From an uncultured Syntrophales bacterium (GTDB lineage: Bacteria; Desulfobacterota; Syntrophia; Syntrophales; JAAYKM01): 62,162 nucleotides of DNA. Below, one piece after another: positions 1-9,101 of this stretch. The position numbers were made by a program, and so were the translations under genes. Under the pieces are notes generated by a model, which did not search any database, was not told the origin of the DNA, and worked only from the letters and a program-made list of their open reading frames with translations. The stretch spans positions 67,780 through 129,941 of the forward strand of contig CAZBQX010000002.1 in the NCBI GenBank assembly GCA_964494155.1. The letters run 5' to 3'. Within the stretch, counting starts at the first letter, position 1. Each line of letters opens with the position of its first letter.

Positions 1-16
1 GAAAGCGAAGACAGTC

Positions 17-1615
17 ATGCGTTACCAGGTAACGGGTCTTTCCCTTGGGCTTCAAGAGGATGAAGAAAGGTTAAAGATCGAAACGGCCAAGTCGCTAAAA
101 ATATCGGAGAACGCTTGGCAAAAGTTCCGTGTTGTCCGAAAATCGCTTGATGCCCGGCGTAACCGGCCGCCTCGTTTTGTTTACACCATCGAGATTGAGC
201 TTCCGGACGACACGGGACTTTTACTGGGAACCGTTAAAGGTGTTACGGTGGCGAAAGCCCCCGAATCGATTAAACCTTTGTCCTGGACACGACGGAAAAA
301 GCTGGAATATCAGCCGGTCATCATCGGAAGCGGCCCTGCCGGGCTCTTTGCCGCTCTGACATTGGCTATGCAGGGGGTTCCCGTGCGCCTGCTCGAACGA
401 GGCGGGGAGGTCGGCAGCCGGGTCAAGGCCGTGAACCTTTTCTGGGAAAAAGGGATTTTCAGCCGGGAGAACAACGTCCAGTTCGGGGAGGGTGGAGCCG
501 GCACCTTTTCCGACGGGAAACTGACCAGCCGGGCGAAAAACCCCCTGGCGGACTGGGTGAAGGGCGTACTGGCGGAAATGGGGGCGCCGTCGGCCATTCT
601 GACCGATGCCAAACCGCATGTCGGAACGGACAACCTGCGGAAAGTTGTGATCAACTTACGAAAAAAGCTTACCGGTCTGGGTTGTGAAATCCTGTTTCAC
701 GCCCGGATGAGTGGGCTGGTTCTGCACCGAGGAAGAGTGAAGGGCGTCATCGTCAACGATGAAGAAGAGGTTCAGACTCACCATTTGATTCTTGCTCCGG
801 GACAGAGTGCCGACGATACCTACCGGATGCTCCAGGAGCACGGCATTGCGCTCGAACCCAAACCTTTCGCCATGGGGTTGCGGGTAGAGCATCCCCAAGA
901 ATTAATTAATCGCATCCAGTACGGATCCTGGTGGACCGATCCCCTCCTGCCACCGGCGGAGTATGTGTTGACGGCCCAGGTGCCGGTGATGACTCGGGGT
1001 GTCTACAGTTTCTGCATGTGTCCCGGCGGCCGGGTGATCGGCTCCAGCGCCGACGCGGGGCGAATTGTTACCAACGGCATGAGCGATGCCCACCGGGACG
1101 GCCCTTTTGCCAACAGCGCCGTCGTCGTTACGGTGCGGACGGAGGATTTTGCCGCGGAAAAGGCTGATCCTCTGGGTGGGCTGGCTTTCCGTAAGCAATG
1201 GGAGGCGGCGGCGTTTGCCCTGGGTGGCCGAAATTATCATGCCCCGGCACAGGGGTTGCGAGACTTTCTGGCCAGCCGGGAAGGGGTGCTCCCGCAATCG
1301 ACCAGTTTTTGCCCCGGCGTCCGAGCCGCCGCCCTCCGGGACGTTATCCCTCGGTTTGTGGCGGAGGCGATGAAAGCGGGACTCCAACTTTTTGAACGGA
1401 AGATGCCCGGTTTCATCTGCCGGGAGGCCGTTCTGATCGGCGTCGAGACACGCACCTCCTCCCCGGTTCGGATTAAACGGGCCGAGAACGGACAATGTCT
1501 TGGGATAGAGGGGATTTATCCCTGCGGGGAAGGCTCGGGCTACGCGGGGGGCATCATCAGCTCCGCTCTGGACGGCATCGCGGCGGCGAAACATCTTTTA
1601 GAATCAATCAAATAG
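17..1615 (+). CDS. FAD-dependent oxidoreductase/dehydrogenase (uncharacterised family)
   Basis: 532-aa ORF; Rossmann motif IIGSGPAGLFAA, GEGGAGTFSDGKL, FCMCPGG, GVETRTSSP and C-terminal GEGSGYAGGI. Confidence 0.85.
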   Translation: MRYQVTGLSLGLQEDEERLKIETAKSLKISENAWQKFRVVRKSLDARRNRPPRFVYTIEIELPDDTGLLLGTVKGVTVAKAPESIKPLSWTRRKKLEYQPVIIGSGPAGLFAALTLAMQGVPVRLLERGGEVGSRVKAVNLFWEKGIFSRENNVQFGEGGAGTFSDGKLTSRAKNPLADWVKGVLAEMGAPSAILTDAKPHVGTDNLRKVVINLRKKLTGLGCEILFHARMSGLVLHRGRVKGVIVNDEEEVQTHHLILAPGQSADDTYRMLQEHGIALEPKPFAMGLRVEHPQELINRIQYGSWWTDPLLPPAEYVLTAQVPVMTRGVYSFCMCPGGRVIGSSADAGRIVTNGMSDAHRDGPFANSAVVVTVRTEDFAAEKADPLGGLAFRKQWEAAAFALGGRNYHAPAQGLRDFLASREGVLPQSTSFCPGVRAAALRDVIPRFVAEAMKAGLQLFERKMPGFICREAVLIGVETRTSSPVRIKRAENGQCLGIEGIYPCGEGSGYAGGIISSALDGIAAAKHLLESIK

Positions 1616-1701
1616 AGCCCTTTACCGGAACAACCGGTTCATATCCGGCGGCAAAAAACTTTAAGAAAAACAGCTTGGTTCACCTGAGTTCCAGAATTTT
1701 A

Positions 1702-1731
1702 AAAGCCGCCTCAGACAAGTGAGGCGGCTTT
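1702..1731. terminator. Probable bidirectional intrinsic terminator
   Basis: Perfect 12-bp stem aaagccgcctca/tgaggcggcttt with 6-nt loop, between convergent genes. Confidence 0.8.
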
Positions 1732-1752
1732 ATGGGAAAATATTCGGAAATA

Positions 1753-2202
1753 TCAAGGTTTAATGAGCATAACCGCGCATTTGGCACCCTTGAGAACTTT
1801 ACTGGAAACGCTGCCCATAAGTTGTTTCAAAACGCCCGTCTTTCCGTGAGACGCAATAACGATCAAATCGATCTTCTTGGCTTTCTGTTCACTCAAGATG
1901 ATTTCCGAGGGATTGCCGGTTTTGACATCAAAAACAACATTTATTTTCTTCGCTTTGACAATCGCATCCACTTCTTTTTTCAGTTTGTCTTTGGATGCCT
2001 TGAGGCTACCCTTTTCAAGCTGTTTGACAACTTCTGTGCTGAGACAATAATCCGCAGCACACTGCTGGACGTGCTCGGCAATGACATGCAGGAGGTAAAT
2101 CCTAGAGCCGTGCTGTTCGGCAATCTCCACAGCCCTCTTTAACGCCGCATCTGAATATTTGGAAAAATCTGTTGGAACGAGAATATTCTTTGGTGCAAAC
2201 AT
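1753..2202 (-). CDS. Universal stress protein (UspA family)
   Basis: KNILVPTDFS...LLHVI...DLIVIASHGKTG...GSVSSKVL; start set at ATG 2202 behind a GAGGAGG RBS. Confidence 0.92.
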   Translation of the reverse strand: MFAPKNILVPTDFSKYSDAALKRAVEIAEQHGSRIYLLHVIAEHVQQCAADYCLSTEVVKQLEKGSLKASKDKLKKEVDAIVKAKKINVVFDVKTGNPSEIILSEQKAKKIDLIVIASHGKTGVLKQLMGSVSSKVLKGAKCAVMLIKP

Positions 2203-2574
2203 GATAAATCCTCCTCTCTGAATTTTTACAGATTTTACATAATTCAAAATATATTTACTACATTTATTCCAAAGGCCTACGGCATGAGCTGTTTAAGGTA
2301 ACAAATGTTTCGTCCATGAGAAAGGCTGTATTTTGCATAGATCTGTTAACTGGCACGGACTTGACATGCTTCAACAAGCCGTTCTCCGGAATGTCCCGTT
2401 TCTTTTTTAGCGGGATTCCGAAGCAACGATGCGAAGTCGTCGTGGGAGGTCAGTTTGATGCTCAGTAAAAAGATGGTCCTGATCGGCGGTGAATCGTCCG
2501 CTGGAATCGATCAAAGTGTTAGGTTTTTATTTAAGCCATCAAGCCCTGAATACAGGTAGAGTTCGGGAAACCGG

Positions 2575-3198
2575 TCAAGAAATCGGTTTTATGAAAATCT
2601 TTTCAATAATTACCTGACTGTCAGGCACGTCATCCATGAAACCCTTGGGTTGTGTCCTGACCGCCTCGATTTTATCCACTACATCCATGCCGCTTATGAC
2701 TTTACCAAAGACGGTATAACCATATCCTCGGGTTGTCGGGGCGGTGTGGTTCAGGGGATAGTTATCCCGGGTATTGATGAAAAACTGGCACGTCGCCGAA
2801 TGCGGGTTGCCGGTTCTGGCCATGGCGATCGTGCCCCGCTCGTTTTTGAGGCCGTTATTGGCTTCACTGGTGATGGGCTCCCGGGTCGCCTTCTGTTCCA
2901 TCTCCTTGGTGAAACCGCCGCCCTGAATCATGAAGCCATAAATGACGCGATGAAAAATCGTTCCATCGTAGAAATGGTCGCTTACATACTGCAGGAAGTT
3001 TTTGACGGTGTTCGGCGCTTTTTCGGCATTTAGTTCCACTTCGATGTTTCCCATATTGGTCTGGATGACGACCACCGGTGCGACCGGTTGTTCGGCGGCC
3101 TGGGCCGGTACCGATAATGCCAGCAGAATCAGGGAAATCCACAAAGTTATCCGGCTGTTGACCGTGTAAACAGATCTGTGTTGATGTGTTCTTTTCAT
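2575..3198 (-). CDS. ppiA: Cyclophilin-type peptidyl-prolyl cis-trans isomerase with signal peptide
   Basis: FYDGTIFHRVIYGFMIQGGG, GTIAMART, QFFIN, GYTVFGKV; hydrophobic N-terminus ending AQA. Confidence 0.92.
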   Translation of the reverse strand: MKRTHQHRSVYTVNSRITLWISLILLALSVPAQAAEQPVAPVVVIQTNMGNIEVELNAEKAPNTVKNFLQYVSDHFYDGTIFHRVIYGFMIQGGGFTKEMEQKATREPITSEANNGLKNERGTIAMARTGNPHSATCQFFINTRDNYPLNHTAPTTRGYGYTVFGKVISGMDVVDKIEAVRTQPKGFMDDVPDSQVIIEKIFIKPIS

Positions 3199-3237
3199 TG
3201 TCCTATTCCTTGGTTTAGTCTTGATGCCTTTAACCTG

Positions 3238-4323
3238 CTACGTTACCCTTCCGTCGAGGATTACATCGGGACCACTGCGGGAAATCTTTTTAAAAGACAG
3301 CTTTAAGGCCTGATTCATGTCGGTGATTCCCAGATTGCCCACTGTGTTCAATCCATCTCCGACGATCTTGGGGGCGACGATGGCCACGATCCGGTCGGCC
3401 AAGCCTTCTCTGAATACGGAGGTGATCATGCCGGCCCCACCTTCGACCAGCAGGGAGGAGATTTTTTTCTGCGCCAGGATCGTGAAAAGCGCTTTCAAGT
3501 CAAACAAATTGCCTTCACTCTGGTTGAAGGGGAGTATTTCCACGCCCAGGGCCTGAATGCGCTTTTGTTTGGCGGGGGCGACTTGCGGACGGGCTACGAT
3601 CAACGTCCGGGCCTGGTCTTGGTCATGGAGCATTTTTGCATCCAGGGGGATCTCCAGGGTCGGATCGATGACGATCCGCAGGGGATTGCGGCCCTTGACA
3701 TGCCGGACTGTCAATTCCGGGTCGTCTTTCAGGACCGTCCCCGCTCCGACCAGCACGGCGTCGTGGAGGCTCCGCAACTGATGGGCATAGCGGCGCGATT
3801 TTTCGCCGCTGATCCATTGGGAGTGCCCTGTTGCCGTGGCGATCCGGCCGTCCAGGGTCTGGGCGAACTTGACCGTTACGTAGGGCCTGCCCGTTTCCAT
3901 GTACTTGATGAAAGTTTCGTTCAGTTCCCGGCAGTCTTTTTCGAGCACGCCTGTGGTGACGTAAATGCCGTGGTTTTTCATCGCGCTGATACTTTTCCCG
4001 GCAACAAGGGGATTGGGATCCACCATACCGATGACGACGCGCTCGAATTGGGCGGCGATGACGCTTTCGATACAGGGCGGGGTTTTTCCATGATGATGGC
4101 AGGGTTCCAGCGTGACATAAAGCGTGGCGCCTTCCAGGGGAACCTTGGCCGCCCGGATGGCGTTGATTTCAGCGTGGGCTTCTCCGTAGCGCTGATGCCA
4201 GCCTTCGGCGATAATCCGATTATATTTGACGATGACCGCACCCACCATGGGGTTGGGACTGACCCAGCCAGTGCCCTTCCGGGCAAGCGTAAGGGCTCGC
4301 TTCATGTAGAATTCGTCGGACAT
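3238..4323 (-). CDS. ribD: Bifunctional riboflavin deaminase/reductase RibD
   Basis: SPNPMVGAVIV, HAE, TLEPCHHHGKTPPC, reductase TLDGRIAT and LLVEGG. Confidence 0.96.
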   Translation of the reverse strand: MSDEFYMKRALTLARKGTGWVSPNPMVGAVIVKYNRIIAEGWHQRYGEAHAEINAIRAAKVPLEGATLYVTLEPCHHHGKTPPCIESVIAAQFERVVIGMVDPNPLVAGKSISAMKNHGIYVTTGVLEKDCRELNETFIKYMETGRPYVTVKFAQTLDGRIATATGHSQWISGEKSRRYAHQLRSLHDAVLVGAGTVLKDDPELTVRHVKGRNPLRIVIDPTLEIPLDAKMLHDQDQARTLIVARPQVAPAKQKRIQALGVEILPFNQSEGNLFDLKALFTILAQKKISSLLVEGGAGMITSVFREGLADRIVAIVAPKIVGDGLNTVGNLGITDMNQALKLSFKKISRSGPDVILDGRVT

Positions 4324-4474
4324 GGGGATGACCTCGCTGAAATTGATGATTGTAATGGCGGTTGATTTGAGGTAACTTATTACAACTTTTCGGGGCGTAT
4401 AAAAAGTTTTTTTTCAGACAACCTTAATTTAATCCGTCGTAAATAAACAAATCAGTCTGCAGGGAGGTTTAAAA

Positions 4475-4906
4475 ATGTTTAATGTGAGAGGCGTGTACAA
4501 AGAGGATCCGTTTGCAGATCTCTACAGGGTTAAATGTTGGTGGTCCCGGCGCATGATGTGGTCTCTGGCGCTTGTGTTCCTTCTCGGGATGATCTTACCC
4601 GGAATGGCCACGGCCCATCCACCCAAAGAAGTTAGCTTGAGCTATGACACGAAGGCGAAAATCCTAAAGGTAAAGATTCTGCACTCATCACCCGCACCGA
4701 GTTGGCATTACATCAAGACCGTTGCTGTTGAGAAAAACAAAAAGCCTGTGGCGACTTACCCTTATCAAAGCCAGCCGGGTAAGGAGTTTACTTATGAATA
4801 CGAAGTTACCGCTCAACCGGGTGACACATTTGTGGTGACCGTCACCTGCAATATGTATGGGTCCCGCACGGAGAGCCTGACCATTCCGGCCGTGGCCAAT
4901 CCGTAA
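4475..4906 (+). CDS. Exported small beta-rich protein with superoxide-reductase-like metal ligand pattern
   Basis: GGGAGG RBS; signal peptide ending ATA-H; H48, H70, H78 (WHYI) and C125-N-M-Y-G; alternative start ATG 4553. Confidence 0.6.
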   Translation: MFNVRGVYKEDPFADLYRVKCWWSRRMMWSLALVFLLGMILPGMATAHPPKEVSLSYDTKAKILKVKILHSSPAPSWHYIKTVAVEKNKKPVATYPYQSQPGKEFTYEYEVTAQPGDTFVVTVTCNMYGSRTESLTIPAVANP

Positions 4907-4941
4907 CGGCACAGAGTGGGGCTGGACCGGAGACCTGGAAG

Positions 4942-5358
4942 GTGAATTCAATGGAATTCTTTTACTATGTACATCTTTTTTTGATGCCCTTGGGTTTTCT
5001 CCTTTTGGCTGCCGGGGTTGTTACGGTACGGTATTTCCGAAAAAAGAAATGGTGGTTTCGCCTCCATAAAACGCTGGGCGTCCTGGCAACAATTTTTTTC
5101 GGGGCAGGAGGGATTGCAGCGGTCTTGATGGTCTATTCCGCAGGGGGAGCCCATTTTGCTGTTCCCCACACCTGGATGGGAGGGGCCGCGATCGTCCTCA
5201 TGATGGGAACCCTGACTGCAGGTTTTGCCCAGACCCGGGTCGTGAACAAAAAACGCATGCGGCTCGTTCACCGCAGTTTGGGGCGAACCGTTGCGGTTCT
5301 GGCGCTGATTGCTGTGATTACGGGGGCGATGGCCGCCGGGATTATACCGGGTCCCTAA
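4942..5358 (+). CDS. Cytochrome b561-like four-helix membrane protein
   Basis: Four hydrophobic segments with His11, His42 (WWFRLH), His76 (PHTWMG) and His110 (VHRSLGR); start may be ATG 4951. Confidence 0.72.
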   Translation: MNSMEFFYYVHLFLMPLGFLLLAAGVVTVRYFRKKKWWFRLHKTLGVLATIFFGAGGIAAVLMVYSAGGAHFAVPHTWMGGAAIVLMMGTLTAGFAQTRVVNKKRMRLVHRSLGRTVAVLALIAVITGAMAAGIIPGP

Positions 5359-5422
5359 GAGAATATTAACCGGGCTTCTTACAAACACCGAAAACACTCG
5401 AAAACAGAGGAGGTTTAAGGAA

Positions 5423-6034
5423 ATGAAGATTCTGGTCGTTTTTTATTCCGCCTATGGTCACATCTATCAGATGGCCGAGGCAGTGGTTTCCGGAGCAAAA
5501 GAAATACCCGGCGCCGAGGTTTCCCTAAGGCGTGTTCCGGAAACGCTTTCTGATGATTTGCTCAAGAAAATCGGCGCCTTCGAAGCACAAAAAGCATTCG
5601 CGCATGTACCGGTCTGTGCGGTGGAAGAACTGACGGAACCGGACGCGATTATCTTCGGCACCCCGACCCGGTTCGGCAACATGTGCGGACAGATGCGGCA
5701 GTTCCTGGACGGGACCGGCGGCCTCTGGGCGAAAGGGGCTCTGGTCGGCAAGGTGGGGAGCGTTTTCACAAGCTCCGGCACGCAGCACGGCGGCCAGGAA
5801 TCGACAATCCTCAGCGTTCACACGACCCTTCTGCACCAAGGCATGATTATCGTCGGCCTGCCTTACACCTTTACAGAACAGACCCGGACGGATATCGTGG
5901 CGGGTTGTTCTCCCTATGGGGCTTCGACTATTGCGGGCAGCTCGGGTGAGCGGACGCCGAATGAGCCTGAACTGGCCGGGGCGCGCTACCAGGGACGCCA
6001 TGTGGCCACCATCACGGCTAAACTGGTAAGGTAG
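5423..6034 (+). CDS. wrbA: NAD(P)H:quinone oxidoreductase WrbA
   Basis: [39 protein letters not shown]. Confidence 0.95.
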   Translation: MKILVVFYSAYGHIYQMAEAVVSGAKEIPGAEVSLRRVPETLSDDLLKKIGAFEAQKAFAHVPVCAVEELTEPDAIIFGTPTRFGNMCGQMRQFLDGTGGLWAKGALVGKVGSVFTSSGTQHGGQESTILSVHTTLLHQGMIIVGLPYTFTEQTRTDIVAGCSPYGASTIAGSSGERTPNEPELAGARYQGRHVATITAKLVR

Positions 6035-6107
6035 TGGGCTTCACGCGTCTCATCAGGAGAGGCGGCGACCCTGAAAAGCAGAAAGACGGAGAAAGGCCGG
6101 TTCGTCC

Positions 6108-7816
6108 ATGTTTCTTCCCACAACGCTGAAAGAGATGAAAGAGCGGGGCTGGGAAGAAGCGGATATCATCCTGGTGACAGGAGACGCCTATATCGACAGT
6201 CCCTTTGTGGGCGTTGCCGTTATCGGCCAAATTCTTATCAGTGCCGGATACCGGGTGGGGATGATCGCACAACCGGATATCAGAAATCCACAAGACATCG
6301 GTCGTCTGGGAAAACCTGCCCTTTTCTGGGGTGTCACCGGCGGCTGCCTGGATTCCATGGTTGCCAATTACACGGCGACAAAAAAAAACGGAACCGCGAT
6401 GATTTTACTCCCGGCGGCCGCAATGTTAAGCGCCCCGACCGGGCGGTTATTACCTACACAAATTTGATCCGTTCACTGCCGGGCGAGAGGGCGTCGATTG
6501 TCTTGGGCGGCGTGGAGGCCAGTCTCCGGAGAATTGCGCACTACGATTACTGGACTGACCGGGTGCGCCGGTCGATCCTCTGTGACGCACCGGCGGATTA
6601 CCTCCTCTACGGCATGGCCGATCAGAGCATTTTGGAACTTGCCGCGGCGTTAAGAACCCGTAGCGATCCCCACAACATCCGTGGGCTCTGCTATCTGTCC
6701 AAGGAGAAAAGGACGGATTACCTGGAGCTGCCTCCTTTTGAGACCGTGTCTTCAGACAAAGACGCCTTCATCCGGATGTTTCAACTCTTTTACGAGCATA
6801 GCGATCCTGTTACCGTCAAAGGCCTTTTGCAACGACAGGACAGCCGTTTCCTGGTTCAGAATCCGCCGGCTTTGCCTCTGAGGCAGGAGGAACTGGATGC
6901 CGTGCATGCCCTGCCGTTCATGAATGACGTTCATCCCTTTTATGGGAAGCAGGGACAGGTCAAGGCGCTGGAAACGATTCAATTTTCTATCTTGACGCAT
7001 CGTGGCTGCTATGGAGAGTGCAGTTTCTGCTCCATCGCCGTCCACCAGGGGCGGATTGTACAGTGGCGGAGCGAAGCGTCCATTCTGGATGAGGCGAGAC
7101 GTTTGGTCGTGCATCCGAAATTCAAGGGATACATCAGTGACGTCGGCGGTCCGACGGCAAACATGTACGGATTTGAGTGTTCAAGAAAGTTGGAGAAGGG
7201 TAGCTGCCGCCGCAAGCGGTGTCTTTTTCCAAAGGTTTGCAATCGGTTACCCGTCAATCATGGCCGACAGAGGTTGTTGCTTTCGAAATTAAGGCGTATT
7301 TCGGGTGTGAAGAAGGTCTTTGTCGCCTCCGGGTTGCGTTACGATCTGCTTCTGTACGACGGTCAGAACGGTCCGGCTTACCTTGAAGAGATCATCGACC
7401 ATCACATATCGGGGCAGTTGAAGGTGGCCCCGGAGCACACGGTGGAACACATCCTCAACCTGATGAAAAAACCGGCGGGATGGCAACTGATCGATTTCAA
7501 AAACATTTTCGATCAGCTAAACCGAAAGAGCCGGAAAAAGCAGTTTTTAACCTACTATTTCATTGCTGCCCATCCGGGATGCCGGGAGCACGATATGGAA
7601 ATCCTGCGATCTTTTGTCCATCGGGAGTTGAACATCCATCCGGAACAGGTTCAGATTTTCACACCTCTTCCTTTGACCTACTCCAGTGTCATGTACTACA
7701 CGGAGAAGGACCCCTTTACGGGGAAAGAAATTTTTGTGGAAAAAAGCATGGCGGGAAAGGAAAGACAGAAACGATGTTTGACCGGGGAGGTGAGGCGTCA
7801 TCGCAGAAGGGACTGA
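6108..7816 (+). pseudogene. ygiQ: YgiQ-family radical SAM protein split by a -1 frameshift at an A9 tract (pseudogene, recoded gene or sequencing error)
   Basis: ORF 6108-6467 has GDAYIDSP and MVANYTA; the -1 frame after A9 (6380-6388) reads RNRDDFTPGG...KRPDRA and joins ORF 6464-7816 with CYGECSFC and QIFTP. Confidence 0.85.
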
Positions 7817-7834
7817 AAAACGACCGAATGGATT

Positions 7835-8674
7835 TCACAGAGAGATTTCCATATCCTGGCGGACCGCAAAGCACTCAAGAACGCGGTTCTGTCCAGAGAT
7901 GATGCGGTGACATGCCTGGACCATGCGGTCGATTCCCCGATCCGGTCGATCCTGGTTATGATGGAACAGGCCGAAGCGGCGGGCATTCGCCTCCAAAGCC
8001 AGCCTCAGCGCATCCTTGTAAACCGAGTGTCCCCAGGCCTTCGTTTTCCTATAGTCCGTTTCCGTATATTCGGCGTCGTGAACCAGCAGGTCCGCATTCC
8101 GGGAAAACTCGAGGTAAGCGTTGTAATCGTGTCCTCCCCTATGTCGATAGGTGAGTTCATTGTCCGTGAGAAAAACGAAGGATTTTCCCTCTTCAGTCAG
8201 ACGGTATCCCACGCCCTGATTGGGATGGCTGAGGGGGATACGGTCAATCGTAACCGAATTGACGGAAAAACGAGTGTTGGTGAATTCGTGGAAATCAATC
8301 TGCGCCCGGACATCGTCCACGTGAACAGGAAAATGCGGCGGCGCCATGATGCCGGCCAGCATATCCTTGGTTGACTTCCGCGTGTTGGGGCATCCGTATA
8401 TGTTCATCCGGGTTGTTTTGAAATAGAGCGGTTTGAAAAAGGGAAATCCCATCACGTGGTCCCAATGGGCGTGCGTCAGGATCAAGGTGATGTCTTGGTT
8501 GCGTTCGGCGATCAGGCGCTGGCCGAGTCTTCGGATACCTGAGCCTGCGTCGATGATAATAATATCACCGTTTTTTGAGCGGACTTCAACGCAGGTTGTA
8601 TCTCCTCCGTAGCGGAGATATTCCCTGCCGCTGACGGGAATGGATCCTCTGGCGCCCCAGCAGCGGATGATCAT
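7835..8674 (-). CDS. MBL-fold metallo-hydrolase
   Basis: WGARGSIP, GGDTTCVEV, IDAGSG, THAHWDH, LVHDAEY, WGHS, FHH. Confidence 0.88.
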   Translation of the reverse strand: MIIRCWGARGSIPVSGREYLRYGGDTTCVEVRSKNGDIIIIDAGSGIRRLGQRLIAERNQDITLILTHAHWDHVMGFPFFKPLYFKTTRMNIYGCPNTRKSTKDMLAGIMAPPHFPVHVDDVRAQIDFHEFTNTRFSVNSVTIDRIPLSHPNQGVGYRLTEEGKSFVFLTDNELTYRHRGGHDYNAYLEFSRNADLLVHDAEYTETDYRKTKAWGHSVYKDALRLALEANARRFGLFHHNQDRPDRGIDRMVQACHRIISGQNRVLECFAVRQDMEISL

Positions 8675-8897
8675 TGCAGAATCACTCTGATGTGATTTTT
8701 AAGACAGACGATCCAGTCGGTTATTTTCTCCAGCGAAATTCCTCTATACAATTCCAATCCTCATGATTATATTCGACATGGTAAAGACGGAGAGATCATA
8801 ACAACACAACGCGCTCATTTCAATGCCTTTTTCGATGAAATAGTTCCTCTAAGACAGGAAGATTGAATAAATTCAAAAAAAATGAATCAAGGAGGTC

Positions 8898-9101
8898 ATG
8901 ATGAAGAGCATGATGATCAAAGGGATGTCATGTCAGCATTGCGTAATGGCTGTGACCAAAGCGCTGAACAGTGTGGCGGGCGTGACGGATGTCAAGGTGG
9001 ATTTGGCAACGGGCCGGGCAACTTTTGAGGAAGCGGCGCCTGTCGATATGGCGGCTGCAGCCGCCGCGATCCGAAAGGCGGGTTATGACGTCGCCGAGTA
9101 A
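8898..9101 (+). CDS. copZ: Copper chaperone CopZ-like HMA protein
   Basis: GMSCQHC metal motif, 67 aa, GGAGG RBS, directly upstream of a P1B ATPase. Confidence 0.88.
   Translation: MMKSMMIKGMSCQHCVMAVTKALNSVAGVTDVKVDLATGRATFEEAAPVDMAAAAAAIRKAGYDVAE

Noticed and set aside
2351-2366. TGGCACGGACTTGAC, a sigma54-like motif
   Set aside because: The -12 element is off by one base and the motif points into the 3' end of an antisense gene.
2371-2450. Possible REP/MITE-like element with small hairpin acgat-gcgaa-gtcgt
   Set aside because: No second copy in the window and no terminal inverted repeats or target duplication found.
8844-8860. TTCCT-N7-AGGAA inverted repeat upstream of copZ as a copper operator
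   Set aside because: Only 5-bp arms, no fit to the CueR, CsoR or CopY boxes I know, and no regulator gene adjacent.
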